A stretch of 56,700 nucleotides of DNA from Escherichia coli (GTDB taxonomy: Bacteria; Pseudomonadota; Gammaproteobacteria; Enterobacterales; Enterobacteriaceae), in the NCBI RefSeq assembly GCF_003334255.1, contig NZ_QOWU01000034.1, one strand, 5' to 3'. A program made the translations under genes and the position numbers. Of the stretch, positions 24,029 to 39,394 are shown one piece after another. A model generated the notes under the pieces. It saw only the letters and a program-made list of their open reading frames with translations, ran no database searches and had not been told where the DNA came from. Numbering within the stretch: position 1 is the stretch's first letter; the number at the start of each line of letters is the position of its first letter.

Positions 24029-24691
24029 TTAATTCGGCGTATAGCCCATTACCACGCCACTTAAGCCAGAAAGTTGCTTCAACTCACCCAGCGAACCTTT
24101 CAGCTTATCTTTCGAGGCATCCGGCCCAACCAGAATACGGGTAATTTTACCCTGCACTGGCGTGGATGGCGACGTATAAACCCGATAACCGGCACCGCGC
24201 AGCTTACCGACAATCTCATTCACTTTATCGGCATTTTTCAGCGCACCCAGTTGCACAACATAGGCTTTACCCGTCGGTGCAGCTTTTTCTTCCACGACCG
24301 GCTTCGGTTCTGGCTTCGGCGCAGGTGGTGCTTCAACCTTTGGTTTAGGCGGCTCCACCGGTTTCGGCTTCGGTGGGGCGACCGGTGCAGGTTCCGGTTC
24401 AAACTCGGTGTTATTGGCTGCAATAGTGGCCGGATCGAGCGACGGTGCTGCGGCATCACCTGCCCGCACCTCTTCCGCTGCGCCTTCCGGCGGCTGCGTC
24501 GGTAACGCCTGGGTGGCGGCTGGCATCATATCAGGCTCATCACGATCGCCCGCTTTCGGCACCAGCGGGATAGCCGCGAACTCATCCTGATAATGTTTTT
24601 TCTGCCCGTCCAGCAGCCCTGGAAGTACAATCACCCCCAGCGCCACCAGCACGATCGTGCCCACTAACCGATTCTGAAACTTACTTGCCAC
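24029..24691 (-). CDS. dedD: Cell division protein DedD (SPOR domain)
   Basis: Start trimmed to GTG at 24689-24691 (220 aa) with GGAG RBS; TM helix, Pro/Lys-rich linker and C-terminal SPOR domain. Confidence 0.88.
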   Translation of the reverse strand: MASKFQNRLVGTIVLVALGVIVLPGLLDGQKKHYQDEFAAIPLVPKAGDRDEPDMMPAATQALPTQPPEGAAEEVRAGDAAAPSLDPATIAANNTEFEPEPAPVAPPKPKPVEPPKPKVEAPPAPKPEPKPVVEEKAAPTGKAYVVQLGALKNADKVNEIVGKLRGAGYRVYTSPSTPVQGKITRILVGPDASKDKLKGSLGELKQLSGLSGVVMGYTPN

Positions 24692-25949
24692 CGCTTCTCC
24701 TCGCGTCAATCACTTCCATGACATGTGCGACCGTGTGGAAAGAACCACACACCAGCACGGTGTCTTCCGCTTTAGCGTCCGCCATTGCGGCATCCCATGC
24801 CTGCGCAACGCTATCAAATGATTTGCCGTTACCCAAATGCTCAAGCAGTTGTTCTGCCGTGGCACCGCGCGGCCCTTCCAGTGGCGCACAATACCAGTCA
24901 TCAACCACGCTTTTCAACCAGGCCAGAGTTCCGGCAATATCTTTATCATGTAGCATACCGATAACCGCCAGCACGCGCCCGTTTTTCGGTAGCGCTTTCA
25001 TACGCCCGGTGAGATATTCCGCCGCATGTGGATTATGCGCGACATCAAAAATAACGCGTGGCGACTCGCTCACAATCTGGAAACGTCCCGGCAAAATTGC
25101 GCTGGCAATCCCGTCGCGAATGGCATTTTCACTGACTTCCAGCCCGCTGGCACGCAGTGCCGCCAGCGCTGTTGCGGCATTCGGTTGCGGGACAAGCGGC
25201 AACGGCAGATTTTCCAGCGTGCCGTGAGCATCGCTAAACGCCCAGTCATGATCGGTGACGGAATAGTTCCACTCAACGCCCCGACGTTGTAACAGTGCAC
25301 CTTTTTCCTGCGCCACATCAGCAATGGTAGAAGGCATTTCCGGCTCACCGACAATTGCCGGTTTTTCGCTGCGGAAGATGCCTGCTTTCTCGCGACCAAT
25401 ACTTTCGCGATCTGGACCCAGCCAGTCGGTATGATCCAGCGCAATACTGGTTACTACCGCGACATCGGCGTCGACAATATTGGTTGCGTCCAGACGACCG
25501 CCCAGCCCTACTTCCAGAATCACCACGTCAAGTTGTGCCTGCTTGAACAGCCACAACGCCGACAGCGTACCGTACTCGAAATAGGTCAGGGAAATATCAC
25601 CGCGTGCCGATTCAATCTCCGCAAAAGAGGCGGTGTGGGCCGATTCCGGCAATTCCTGGCCCTGCACACGTACGCGCTCGGTATAACGCACCAGATGAGG
25701 CGAACTGTAGACGCCCACTTTGTACCCTGCCGCCATCAGAATCGACTCCAGCGTACGGCAGGTGGTGCCTTTGCCATTCGTACCCGCAACGGTAAACACA
25801 AATGGCGCTGGTTTCAGGACGCCAAGACGCGCCGCGACCAGGCTCACGCGCTCAAGGCCGAGATCGATAGTTTTACTGTGCAGGTTTTCCAGATAAGAAA
25901 GCCACGAAGCCAGAGGCGACGCGGCTTGAGGAGTGCGTTTGATAATCAT
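24681..25949 (-). CDS. folC: Dihydrofolate synthase / folylpolyglutamate synthase
   Basis: 422-aa ORF with Mur-ligase P-loop GTNGKGTT; 3' end overlaps the dedD start by 11 nt. Confidence 0.95.
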   Translation of the reverse strand: MIIKRTPQAASPLASWLSYLENLHSKTIDLGLERVSLVAARLGVLKPAPFVFTVAGTNGKGTTCRTLESILMAAGYKVGVYSSPHLVRYTERVRVQGQELPESAHTASFAEIESARGDISLTYFEYGTLSALWLFKQAQLDVVILEVGLGGRLDATNIVDADVAVVTSIALDHTDWLGPDRESIGREKAGIFRSEKPAIVGEPEMPSTIADVAQEKGALLQRRGVEWNYSVTDHDWAFSDAHGTLENLPLPLVPQPNAATALAALRASGLEVSENAIRDGIASAILPGRFQIVSESPRVIFDVAHNPHAAEYLTGRMKALPKNGRVLAVIGMLHDKDIAGTLAWLKSVVDDWYCAPLEGPRGATAEQLLEHLGNGKSFDSVAQAWDAAMADAKAEDTVLVCGSFHTVAHVMEVIDARRSGGK

Positions 25950-25980
25950 GGTATCCGCTGATTCGTTACGGTGAGAATAG

Positions 25981-26010
25981 CAAAAGGGCAGAGCCAGTGG
26001 CCCTGCCCTT
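25981..26010 (-). terminator. Hairpin (terminator/attenuator) between accD and folC
   Basis: Minus strand aagggcagggccactggctctgccctt followed by ttgc, T-run is short; sits 9 nt after the accD stop and about 30 nt before the folC ATG. Confidence 0.6.
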
Positions 26011-26018
26011 ATCAGTTA

Positions 26019-26933
26019 TCAGGCCTCAGGTTCCTGATCCGGTACCGGGGGTACCACTACGCCTTCACGCGGCGCTTCAGGATTCGGCGCTGGCAGATTC
26101 ATCAACTTCGCCAGAATGCTCGCCAGTTTCAGGCGCATTTCCGGACGACGGACGATCATGTCGATCGCGCCTTTCTCGATCAGGAATTCACTGCGCTGGA
26201 ATCCAGGCGGCAGTTTTTCGCGAACGGTCTGTTCGATAACACGCGGACCGGCAAAGCCGATTAACGCTTTCGGTTCAGCGATGTTGAGATCGCCCAGCAT
26301 GGCGAAACTTGCAGAAACACCGCCCATCGTCGGGTCGGTCAGCACGGAGATGTACGGCAAGCCGCGCTCCTGCATTTTTGCCAGTGCCGCAGAGGTTTTC
26401 GCCATCTGCATCAGCGACATCAGTGCTTCCTGCATACGTGCGCCACCAGAGGCGGAGAAGCAGATCAGCGGGCAGTTATCTTCCAGCGCCTGCTCAACGG
26501 CACGCACGAAACGTGCACCCACAACAGACCCCATTGAACCGCCCATAAAGGCGAACTCGAATGCCGCAGCGACAACCGGCATTCCATACAGAGTGCCTTT
26601 CATCACCACCAGCGCATCTTTTTCGCCGGTTTCTTTCTGCGCAGATGCCAGACGGTCTTTATACTTCTTGGAGTCACGAAACTTCAGCACATCTTTCGGC
26701 TCAAGCTCGCTACCCAGCTCCACAAGGCTTCCTTCATCTAACAGGCTATGCAGGCGATTACGCGCTGTCATACGCATGTGATGGTCACACTTCGGACAGA
26801 CCTCAAGATTACGTTCCAGCTCAGCGCGGTATAAAACCTGACCGCAGCTATCACACTTAGTCCACACCCCTTCAGGAATGCTCGCCTTGCGGGTGGGAGT
26901 AATGTTGCTTTTAATTCGTTCAATCCAGCTCAT
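26019..26933 (-). CDS. accD: Acetyl-CoA carboxylase carboxyltransferase beta subunit
   Basis: Start trimmed to ATG 26931-26933 (304 aa, MSWIERIK...); N-terminal C4 zinc ribbon (CDSC...CPKC) and carboxyltransferase domain. Confidence 0.95.
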
Positions 26934-27088
26934 TAGGGACCTTTCTGTCTGAACCTGGTTCGATGCCAGTTTTATCTTTGGGGACGCATAATGCCATTTT
27001 TGCCCCCAACAGACCATGAATGTTGCACATTAAAACATAACAGCCCGAAACTTTGGATAAAAAAGTGGTCGAACCGCGGAGTTACTTT

Positions 27089-27748
27089 TTATTTTGCGGC
27101 GCGTGCCGCAGCGCGTTTGTGACGGATTATTTCGATGACGCCCGGCAAAATAGAAACCACAATAATCCCGACGATCAGCAGCTTAAGGTTATCCTGAACC
27201 ATCGGGATTGTACCGAAGAAATAGCCTGCGTAGGTAAAAAGCAGTACCCACAACAGTGCGCCGATCACGTTATAAGCGGCGAAATGACGGTACGACATGT
27301 GGCCCATTCCCGCAACAAACGGGGCGAACGTTCTGACGATCGGCACAAAACGGGCGAGAATAATCGTTTTGCCGCCATGTTTCTCATAAAACTGATGGGT
27401 TTTGTCGAGATAACTGCGACGGAAAATTTTCGAATTGGGATTACTGAACAACTTTTCACCGAACAACCGCCCGATAGTGTAATTGACCGCGTCACCCACA
27501 ATCGCGGCGATCAGCATCAGCACCACCATCATATGGACGTTGAGATCGTTGGTTTCCAGTGATGCCAACGCTCCGGCAACAAACAGCAATGAATCACCCG
27601 GTAAAAACGGCGTTACCACCAGACCGGTTTCACAGAACAAAATTAAGAACAAAATGGCATAAACCCAGACGCCGTACTCCGCGACCAGCTCTGCCAGATG
27701 CACGTCAATGTGCAGGATAAAATCGATGAGGAAATAAATCAGGTCCAT
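27089..27748 (-). CDS. dedA: DedA-family inner membrane protein
   Basis: 219-aa hydrophobic ORF of the DedA/SNARE-associated family. Confidence 0.92.
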   Translation of the reverse strand: MDLIYFLIDFILHIDVHLAELVAEYGVWVYAILFLILFCETGLVVTPFLPGDSLLFVAGALASLETNDLNVHMMVVLMLIAAIVGDAVNYTIGRLFGEKLFSNPNSKIFRRSYLDKTHQFYEKHGGKTIILARFVPIVRTFAPFVAGMGHMSYRHFAAYNVIGALLWVLLFTYAGYFFGTIPMVQDNLKLLIVGIIVVSILPGVIEIIRHKRAAARAAK

Positions 27749-27830
27749 ATTTGCCTATGCCTTGTACTCGTCATCTTTCAGGCTGTAACTACGTTGGCTA
27801 CAGCCTGAAATGTTCCGAGCATTATTCTCG

Positions 27831-28643
27831 TTAGTCCGCCAGAAATAGCGGGCCCATTGGCGGTTTTGGAAGATCATACCGGTCAGGGTAATCCACCGCG
27901 ACCAGATACAGCCCTTCCGCTTTTGCCGTTGCTGCCGCCAGCGTTCTGTCCTTTGCCGCCAGCAACTCTGCTATCCAGCTCTCCGGCTGGTTGTGGGCAC
28001 CGACTTCCATCAGGCTGCCGACAATATTCCTGACCATATGATGTACAAAAGCATTCGCTTTAATATCTACCACCACATAAGGACCGTGACGCGTGACATT
28101 AATATGCATAACGTTGCGCCACGGGGTTCGGGACTGGCACTGCACCGCACGGAACGAGGTGAAATCATTCTCGCCCAGCAAGCATTGCGCAGCCCGATGC
28201 ATCCGTTCAGCGTCCAGCGGTTCGTAAAAATGGGTTACCCCTTTACTCAGTACCGCCGGGCGCAGCCGATGATTGTAGATGATGTAGCGATAACGGCGAG
28301 CCGTGGCGCTAAATCGGGCATGAAAATCATCAGGTACAGCTTTAACCCAACGCACAGCGATGTCACCAGGTAAATTCGCATTTACGCCCAAGGTCCACGC
28401 CGCGTCTTTGCGCAGCGCGGTTGTTTCGAAATGCACAACCTGCCCGGTACCGTGTACCCCTGCGTCAGTACGCCCGGCGCAGAAGACGGTGATGGGTTCG
28501 TTCGCCACCTGGGAGAGCGCCTTTTCCAGCTTCTCCTGCACACTGCGGACTTCGTTCTGCCGTTGCCAGCCGTAATACTTACTGCCGTCGTACTCAATGC
28601 CCAGCGCAATTTTATAAACTGGCGGTTGTTGCTGGTCGGACAT
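27831..28643 (-). CDS. truA: tRNA pseudouridine(38-40) synthase
   Basis: 270-aa ORF of the TruA family; start overlaps the usg stop by 1 nt. Confidence 0.95.
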   Translation of the reverse strand: MSDQQQPPVYKIALGIEYDGSKYYGWQRQNEVRSVQEKLEKALSQVANEPITVFCAGRTDAGVHGTGQVVHFETTALRKDAAWTLGVNANLPGDIAVRWVKAVPDDFHARFSATARRYRYIIYNHRLRPAVLSKGVTHFYEPLDAERMHRAAQCLLGENDFTSFRAVQCQSRTPWRNVMHINVTRHGPYVVVDIKANAFVHHMVRNIVGSLMEVGAHNQPESWIAELLAAKDRTLAAATAKAEGLYLVAVDYPDRYDLPKPPMGPLFLAD

Positions 28644-29656
28644 TAGTACAGATACTCCTGCACCAGTTTCTCGGCGATTTTTACTGCCATCAGCGCGCCG
28701 CCAAAGCGAACGTTATCGGCCACCGACCAGAACTGGACTTGCTCCGGCATACCGTAGTCATTACGCACGCAGCCAACAGAAAGATGCGGCGTACCCGAAG
28801 CATCACCTACCTGAGTTGGGAATTCGTTCTCTTCAGAGAGCACAATATCTTCGCCTTGAACAAACGCATCACGCGCTTCTTCTGCTGCCAGTGGACGCAG
28901 AGCTTCAAAGTTGACCATCTGGGCATGACCGTAGAATACCGGTGCCTGGACGACGCTAGCCGAAATCATCAGCCCTTCGTCCTGCAGGATTTTGCGTACT
29001 TCGTCAACGATACGACGTTCTTCACGCACGCTACCTTCGCTATCCGGCAGTAACGGCAGCATGTTGAACGCCAGCTGACGCCCGAAGAAATCTTCTTCGT
29101 CAATCGGAATGCCGTTGAGCAATTTCGCACTCTGCCCCGCTAACGCATCGACCGCTTTTTTGCCCTGGGCGGAGGCTGAAATCAGGCTGGTAACGCTGAT
29201 ACGTGATAAACCGCCCTGATCGATTAACGGTTTCAGTGCCGCCAGCAGCTGGCTGGTCAGACTGTCTGGTACGGCGATGACATTCCGGTTCCGGTAATCT
29301 GTCAGTACAAACGGGTTTACTTCCGGCACCACCAGCGGTACGTCGGGTTCGAGAGCAAACAATCCACTGCTGTCGATCACCAGGCAACCTGAGTTGGTCG
29401 CTTCTTCAACCCAGGCAGCGGTAGCTTCTTTGCCTGCGACAAAAAATGCCAGCTGCGCCTGCGTCCAGTCGAATTCAGCGGCATCCTGCACGGTGATTGT
29501 CTTACCACCAAAGCGCAGTTGTTCGCCTGCGCTTTCGTTACGTGCCAGTGCATAAATTTCCCCAACCGGGAACTGACGTTCAGCCAGCGTTTCAAGCAGG
29601 GCTTCGCCCACAGCGCCAGTTGCGCCCAGGACGGCAATGTTCCAGCCTTCAGACAT
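28643..29656 (-). CDS. usg: USG-1 protein (aspartate-semialdehyde dehydrogenase paralogue)
   Basis: 337-aa ORF with N-terminal Rossmann motif VLGATGAVG and semialdehyde dehydrogenase fold. Confidence 0.92.
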
Positions 29657-29721
29657 GGTGGTTTACTCCAGAAATAGCAAAGCTCCCTGCCAATGTTACA
29701 GCAGAGAGCATGAAGAAGAGA

Positions 29722-30858
29722 TTAACGTGCCGGATGATGAACGGCGTTAAAACCCAGTTTACACAGCAATGATGCCGCACTGGCGTCATCACAAATTACA
29801 TACAGAGATGACCATTCACGGCGCTCAAGATAGTTTTTGCGCAGTTTATCGAACTCACCCGGTATCCCGGCGACTTTACGCAGCGGTGCGTCATCGCGGC
29901 GCACATCATACACCAAATGCACCAGCCTTTTCAGCGTCGGTTGATCGAGCGGGCCATGCAGCGTAATGCGACCAAACTCTGGCGCAGGCAGTAATGTATC
30001 CAGCGCAACGTGCTGTTCATGCCCAATAAACTTGCTATAAGCTTCAAACACTTGCGTAGTACCGCGTGCTTTACCTTCCAGGGTATAGCCTGCGATATGC
30101 GGCGTGCCGATATCCACTTTTTTCAGCAGCTCGACGTTGAGTTCCGGTTCGCCTTCCCAGACATCCAGCACTACGCTTAACTTCTGGCCTTCATTCAGGC
30201 AGGTCAGCAACGCAGTATTATCGACGACTGCGCCACGGCAGGCGTTAATCAGAATCGCTCCGGGCTTCAGGCTACGGATCAGTTTTTCATCCGCCAGATG
30301 TAGCGTTTTGTACGGACCATCTTTAAAGAGTGGCGTATGGAAAGTCAGAATATCCGCGCGCTGGACTAACTCATCCAGCGAGCGGAAATCACCCTCATCC
30401 CCACGGTCGGCGCGAGGCGGATCGCAAAGTAAGGTTTTAATCCCTAACGCTTCCAGTCGCGCCTGCAATCGACGTCCAACGTTACCAACGCCCACGATCC
30501 CCACCGTACGGTCGTACAGTGAAAATCCATCGCGTTCGGCAAGCATCAGCAGGGAGGAGAAAACATATTCCACCACCGCAATCGCATTACAGCCAGGTGC
30601 AGCGGAAAAACCAATTCCCGCCTGCTTCAACCATGCTTCATCGACATGGTCGGTCCCCGCAGTGGCAGTGCCAACAAATTTAATGGGTTTTCCTGCCAGC
30701 AAAGATTCATTCACTTTCGTGACCGAACGCACCATCAGCGCATCCGCGTCTGCCAGTTGAGCGACGGGGATTGGACGCCCGGGAACCGCGGTCACCTCAC
30801 CCAAACGGCTAAATAAGTCGCGGGCATAAGGCATATTTTCATCAACAAGGATTTTCAC
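29722..30858 (-). CDS. pdxB: Erythronate-4-phosphate dehydrogenase
   Basis: 378-aa D-isomer 2-hydroxyacid dehydrogenase with NAD motif [12 protein letters not shown]. Confidence 0.95.
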   Translation of the reverse strand: MKILVDENMPYARDLFSRLGEVTAVPGRPIPVAQLADADALMVRSVTKVNESLLAGKPIKFVGTATAGTDHVDEAWLKQAGIGFSAAPGCNAIAVVEYVFSSLLMLAERDGFSLYDRTVGIVGVGNVGRRLQARLEALGIKTLLCDPPRADRGDEGDFRSLDELVQRADILTFHTPLFKDGPYKTLHLADEKLIRSLKPGAILINACRGAVVDNTALLTCLNEGQKLSVVLDVWEGEPELNVELLKKVDIGTPHIAGYTLEGKARGTTQVFEAYSKFIGHEQHVALDTLLPAPEFGRITLHGPLDQPTLKRLVHLVYDVRRDDAPLRKVAGIPGEFDKLRKNYLERREWSSLYVICDDASAASLLCKLGFNAVHHPAR

Positions 30859-30956
30859 GTTTGTGTTACCTGTATGAGACGAGAGTTAACCGGACAAGTG
30901 TGCCATAATCTCGCGGCCAGGCATACTTGCGAAGATTTCAGGTATAAGGATACGTA

Positions 30957-33130
<2,174 letters not shown>

Positions 33131-33319
33131 TTACTCCAGAATGCAGCGCAAGGCGAGGAGTATCCCCGTCTCATCTCTCTGGTTTCAGGGTTACGGTGCG
33201 TTGGCAGGATTTAACGCGTACGTCTTTTCAGAAGGAAATCGACAAAGCGGGAAGTTTGCCTGGAACTGGCGGCGATTGTCAATGATGTGAAAAAGGGAAC
33301 CATCAGGTTCCCTTTTGCG

Positions 33320-33385
33320 TTAGTGCCGGAGGCCGCATTGGCGCGTAACGTCGGATGCGACGCTGGCGCGTCTACTCCGACCTAC
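33320..33385. repeat. REP element
   Basis: gccggaggccgcattggcgcgtaacgtcggatgcgacgctggcgcgtctactccgacctac palindromic unit downstream of fabB. Confidence 0.7.
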
Positions 33386-33391
33386 TGCGAA

Positions 33392-34612
33392 TTAATCTTT
33401 CAGCTTGCGCATTACCAGCGTGGCGTTGGTGCCGCCGAAGCCGAAGCTGTTAGACATAACGGTGGTCAGTTCGCGATCGGTCGTTTCGGTCACGATGTTC
33501 AGACCCGCAGCCTGCTCGTCCAGCTCTTCAATGTTGATGCTCGGGGCGATAAAGCCGTGTTCCAGCATCAGCAGAGAGTAGATAGCTTCCTGTACGCCAG
33601 CAGCGCCCAGAGAGTGACCGGTCATGGCTTTGGTTGCAGAAATCGCCGGGCTCTTATCGCCGAACACTTCACGGATAGCTGCCAGCTCTTTCACGTCGCC
33701 AACCGGAGTCGAAGTACCGTGGGAGTTCAGGTAATCGATTGGGGTATCAACGCCATGCATCGCCATCTTCATGCAGCGTACTGCGCCTTCGCCAGACGGA
33801 GCAACCATGTCTGCACCATCAGAGGTTGCGCCGTAGCCAACGATTTCAGCATAGATGTGAGCACCACGCGCCAGCGCGTGTTCCAGCTCTTCAACCACTA
33901 CCATACCGCCGCCGCCAGCGATAACGAAACCGTCACGGTGAGCGTCGTAAGTACGGGAGGCTTTTTCCGGGGTGTCGTTGTATTTAGTAGACAGCGCACC
34001 CATTGCGTCGAATTCGCAAGCCATTTCCCAGCACAGCTCTTCGCCGCCGCCAGCAAACACGATGTCCTGTTTGCCCAGTTGGATCTGCTCTACTGCGTTA
34101 CCGATACAGTGTGCGGAAGTCGCACACGCGGAGCTGATGGAGTAGTTAACGCCATGAATTTTAAACGGGGTGGCGAGGCAGGCAGAAACGCCGGATGCCA
34201 TCGCTTTGGTGACCACATACGGGCCAACCGCTTTCAGGCCGCGCGGGCCGCGCATTGCGTCAGCGCCGAACACCTGGAAACGCGGGGAGCCGCCGCCGGA
34301 ACCTGCAATCAGGCCAACGCGCGGGTTATTCTGGTAAGCTTCCGGAGAGAGGCCCGCATCAGCGATTGCCTGCTCCATAGAAAGGAATGCATAAATGGAT
34401 GCGTCGCTCATAAAGCGCACAACTTTGCGGTCAATGAGGCCAGTGGTATCCAGTTTTACGTTGCCCCAGACGTGGCTACGCATGCCGGAATCCTTCAGCT
34501 CCTGAGAGAAAGTGATCCCTGAACGTCCTTCACGCAGAGATGCCAGGACTTCCTGCTGGTTATTACCGATGCTGGAAACAATGCCCAGGCCAGTAATCAC
34601 TGCACGTTTCAT
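33392..34612 (-). CDS. fabB: 3-oxoacyl-[acyl-carrier-protein] synthase I
   Basis: 406-aa ORF with active-site Cys (SACATS) and the two catalytic His motifs of elongating beta-ketoacyl synthases. Confidence 0.96.
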
Positions 34613-34658
34613 TCAATACCTCTGTAAGTCGCACATAGAGTAAGTTTCGAATGCACAA

Positions 34659-34675
34659 TAGCGTACACTTGTACG
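34659..34675 (-). promoter_or_regulatory. FabR operator-like palindrome in the fabB promoter
   Basis: Near-perfect palindrome agcgtacacttgtacgc 47-63 bp upstream of the fabB ATG, resembling the FabR site AGCGTACACGTGTTAGCT as I recall it. Confidence 0.55.
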
Positions 34676-34677
34676 CC

Positions 34678-34694
34678 GAACAAGTCCGATCAGC
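34678..34694 (-). promoter_or_regulatory. FadR-like site in the fabB promoter
   Basis: Minus strand ggctgatcggacttgtt, about 12/17 match to the FadR consensus AACTGGTCCGACCTGTT, just upstream of the FabR-like palindrome. Confidence 0.5.
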
Positions 34695-34704
34695 CATTTA
34701 ATAG

Positions 34705-36777
<2,073 letters not shown>

Positions 36778-36794
36778 TCTGCTCTCGCAGTGTT

Positions 36795-36891
<97 letters not shown>

Positions 36892-36897
36892 CGCAAC

Positions 36898-37176
36898 TTA
36901 CTGCTGTGACGCCTGCTGAAACAGGTTTTCCCACATATCGGTCACCAGCGCCTGGTCACGCGGCGACAATTCACCGGCACCAATGGCTTTTTCCAGACTC
37001 TGGCTAACGGTCGTATGCACCGCCTGAGCGGAGTGGTCATCACCACTTTCCAGTTCTGCGATGGCTAATGTCAGGTGGCCACGCAAATACCCACTGGCAA
37101 ACAACTCATCATCACTGGCATGGTCAACCATACCGTCGATTAATGCCAGAATGCGTGATTCAAACTCCGCGATCAT
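36898..37176 (-). CDS. yfcL: Uncharacterised small acidic protein YfcL
   Basis: 92-aa ORF, first gene of a co-directional cluster ending in prmB; recognised as YfcL. Confidence 0.8.
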
Positions 37177-37209
37177 CTTCTTTCCTCATTGTAAAACGTG
37201 GCACCGGCT

Positions 37210-37758
37210 TCAGTTGAGCGCTTCCGGCCACGGGAACTGTTCCGCCGTAAGTTCCGGCGTGTGATAATAATTTTGTAGTGCTTTAATGAAGCGTGCCGGA
37301 CGCTCGGGAATGCCATTTGTCAGATAATCCATCACCTGCGCATGTACCCGCCGTTGAAACACCACACGATCCGGTTCGAAGTCGCCTTCCAGATTGTCGC
37401 AACTGACGTTAAACGGATATCCCGCCGCCACACAGAACAACCAGTCGAGTGCCTGCGGCTTCACTTCAACATCTTCAAACTGGCTTTGCGTTTGGGCATC
37501 ACGCCCATCCGGGCAATACCAGTAGCCGAAATCAACCAGCTCACGGCGCGCTTTTCCGGCAATACACCAGTGCGAAATCTCATGAATTGCGCTGGCATAA
37601 AAGCCGTGGGCAAAGACAATTCGGTTATACGGTACTTCCGCATCAGCAGGAAGATAGATCGGTTCGTCGTCGCCTTTAATCAGACGGGTATTAAATTCAT
37701 CGGCAAAGCAGCTATTAAAAATTTCAATCAACTGCTCATAGTGGTGTGTACTGTTCAT
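37210..37758 (-). CDS. epmC: Elongation factor P hydroxylase EpmC (YfcM)
   Basis: 182-aa ORF recognised as YfcM/EpmC; start overlaps the yfcA stop by 1 nt. Confidence 0.85.
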   Translation of the reverse strand: MNSTHHYEQLIEIFNSCFADEFNTRLIKGDDEPIYLPADAEVPYNRIVFAHGFYASAIHEISHWCIAGKARRELVDFGYWYCPDGRDAQTQSQFEDVEVKPQALDWLFCVAAGYPFNVSCDNLEGDFEPDRVVFQRRVHAQVMDYLTNGIPERPARFIKALQNYYHTPELTAEQFPWPEALN

Positions 37759-38567
37759 TAGTTCATCCCCAACCAGTGGAGGATCTCCTGTCCGTGGCTA
37801 TCGTAAAGTAATTTGGCACTCATCACCGCCGAGACGATAACAATCATCGGGCGGATCAGCTTTTGTCCTTTGCTCAACACCAGCCGTGAACCCATGCGCG
37901 CGCCGAGGAACTGCCCCACCAGCATGACAAAGCCCGTCGCCCAAATCACTTTGCCGCCGAGAATAAACAGCAGCAGACCGCCAATGTTTGACGTTGCGTT
38001 GAGTAATTTGGCGTGAGCCGTGGCTTTGGCGAGGTTAAATCCGCACAGCGTAACGAAGGCCAGCGCGTAAAACGACCCGGCAGCCGGGCCAAAGAATCCA
38101 TCATAAAAACCGACGCAGCCACCGGCTATTAACGCGAAGGGTAAACCGTACATCCGGCGCTGGCGGTCTTCTTCACCTAGCTTTGGCATCAGCAAGAAAT
38201 AGAGGCCGATACAAATTACCAGAATGGGCAAAATCTGCCGTAAGACATCAGCCTGAACGTATTGCACCAGCAGTGCGCCGCTCATTGAGCCGACAAAGGT
38301 CATGGCGATATTGAGTTTCTGATCGCTTAAACTAACCACTTTGCGGCGAATAAAGTAGATAGTAGCGGAAATAGAGCCGCCGCAGGCTTGCAGTTTATTG
38401 GTTGCCAGCGCATTAGCGGGAGACATCCCCGCTGCCATCAATGCCGGAATGGTGAGTAACCCACCGCCACCGGCAATCGAGTCGATAAATCCCGCCAGCA
38501 TGGCGACAAAAAAGAGAACTCCCAGCAACAGCGGGGAAACCATAAACAGGCTATTAAACGTTTCCAT
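37758..38567 (-). CDS. yfcA: TauE/SafE-family inner-membrane protein YfcA
   Basis: 269-aa ORF with about 8 TM helices and Gly-rich helices typical of TauE/SafE. Confidence 0.88.
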   Translation of the reverse strand: METFNSLFMVSPLLLGVLFFVAMLAGFIDSIAGGGGLLTIPALMAAGMSPANALATNKLQACGGSISATIYFIRRKVVSLSDQKLNIAMTFVGSMSGALLVQYVQADVLRQILPILVICIGLYFLLMPKLGEEDRQRRMYGLPFALIAGGCVGFYDGFFGPAAGSFYALAFVTLCGFNLAKATAHAKLLNATSNIGGLLLFILGGKVIWATGFVMLVGQFLGARMGSRLVLSKGQKLIRPMIVIVSAVMSAKLLYDSHGQEILHWLGMN

Positions 38568-39391
38568 TAGATCACGTGCTCATCCAGTAGCGCCTGGCAG
38601 GAAGGCGGCAACGGAGGCGGTGTCTTCTTCTCAGGCTTTGTTGTTCCCGGTTTTGGAGGTTCAAACCAGCTTTGCAGTTCTGCCCCGCAACCATCGCCTG
38701 ATGGCGGTAAAGGTTGATCTTCACACTCCAGACTATCGGCAGGGCAACGTAATCGTACATGCATATGCGCGCGATGCTGGAACCAGGGTCGCACTTTGCG
38801 CAACCAGTCGCGATCGGTGCCCGCATCAAGGCAAAGTTGTTGTTTAATCGCCGGATTAACAAAAATGCGCGTGACGTCTTTGTCCTGGGCGGCGAGTTTG
38901 ATCAAGCTGAAAATTTCTGGCTTCCACAGCGTGGAGACAACGTGTTTACCGTCGCGGGAAACTAAGTCCAGTGCTTGCGGGCGCAAGAGCTGCGCGGAGG
39001 TCCAGCGAGTTTTCGGCAGTTGCAGAAAGATATCGACATCCAGTCCGGTCTGGTGGCTGGCATGACCGCCGTTGAAACGCCCACCAGCGGGCATCCCCAT
39101 ATCGCCAATCAGCACCGTACCCATGCCCAGATTGCTCACCTGGCTACTCAGACGCTGGATAAACATCACCAGATCCGGGTGACCGAAATAGCGACGCTGA
39201 TCGGTACGCATGACCTGATAATGTTCGGACTGTATCGGCAGCGTGTCAGCGCCGACAATACAGCCATTAGAAAAACTGCCTATCGATTGTGCGCTACCCG
39301 GCACAGGTTGGGTTATTTTTTGCCACGGCGTCGCTGCCAGGCTGGCGCTACTGGCAAGCAGAGCCAGCAGCGCAATCGCGGTTTTATTCAT
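38567..39391 (-). CDS. mepA: Penicillin-insensitive murein endopeptidase MepA
   Basis: 274-aa ORF with signal peptide and LAS metallopeptidase His/Asp motifs ([11 protein letters not shown]). Confidence 0.93.
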
Positions 39392-39394
39392 TTT

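Noticed and set aside
26934-27017. Upstream extensions of track ORFs for accD, mnmC (34711-34770), dedD (24692-24709), yfcC (10067-10087), yfbU (5602-5619), yfbT (5097-5114), yfcZ (53992-54015) and aroC (40481-40483)
   Set aside because: In each case an internal ATG/GTG matches the conserved protein N-terminus as I recall it; a nearby Shine-Dalgarno sequence was confirmed only where I checked the DNA, and some extensions run into neighbouring promoters or genes. The yfbT case is least certain because ATG 5114 is also plausible.
33287-34522. 411-aa ORF antisense to fabB, and similar antisense ORFs opposite accD (26116-26781), pdxB (30104-30760) and yfcU (46094-46846)
   Set aside because: Same reasoning: they mirror well-supported genes, show no motifs or signal sequences, and have composition consistent with reverse-frame artefacts.
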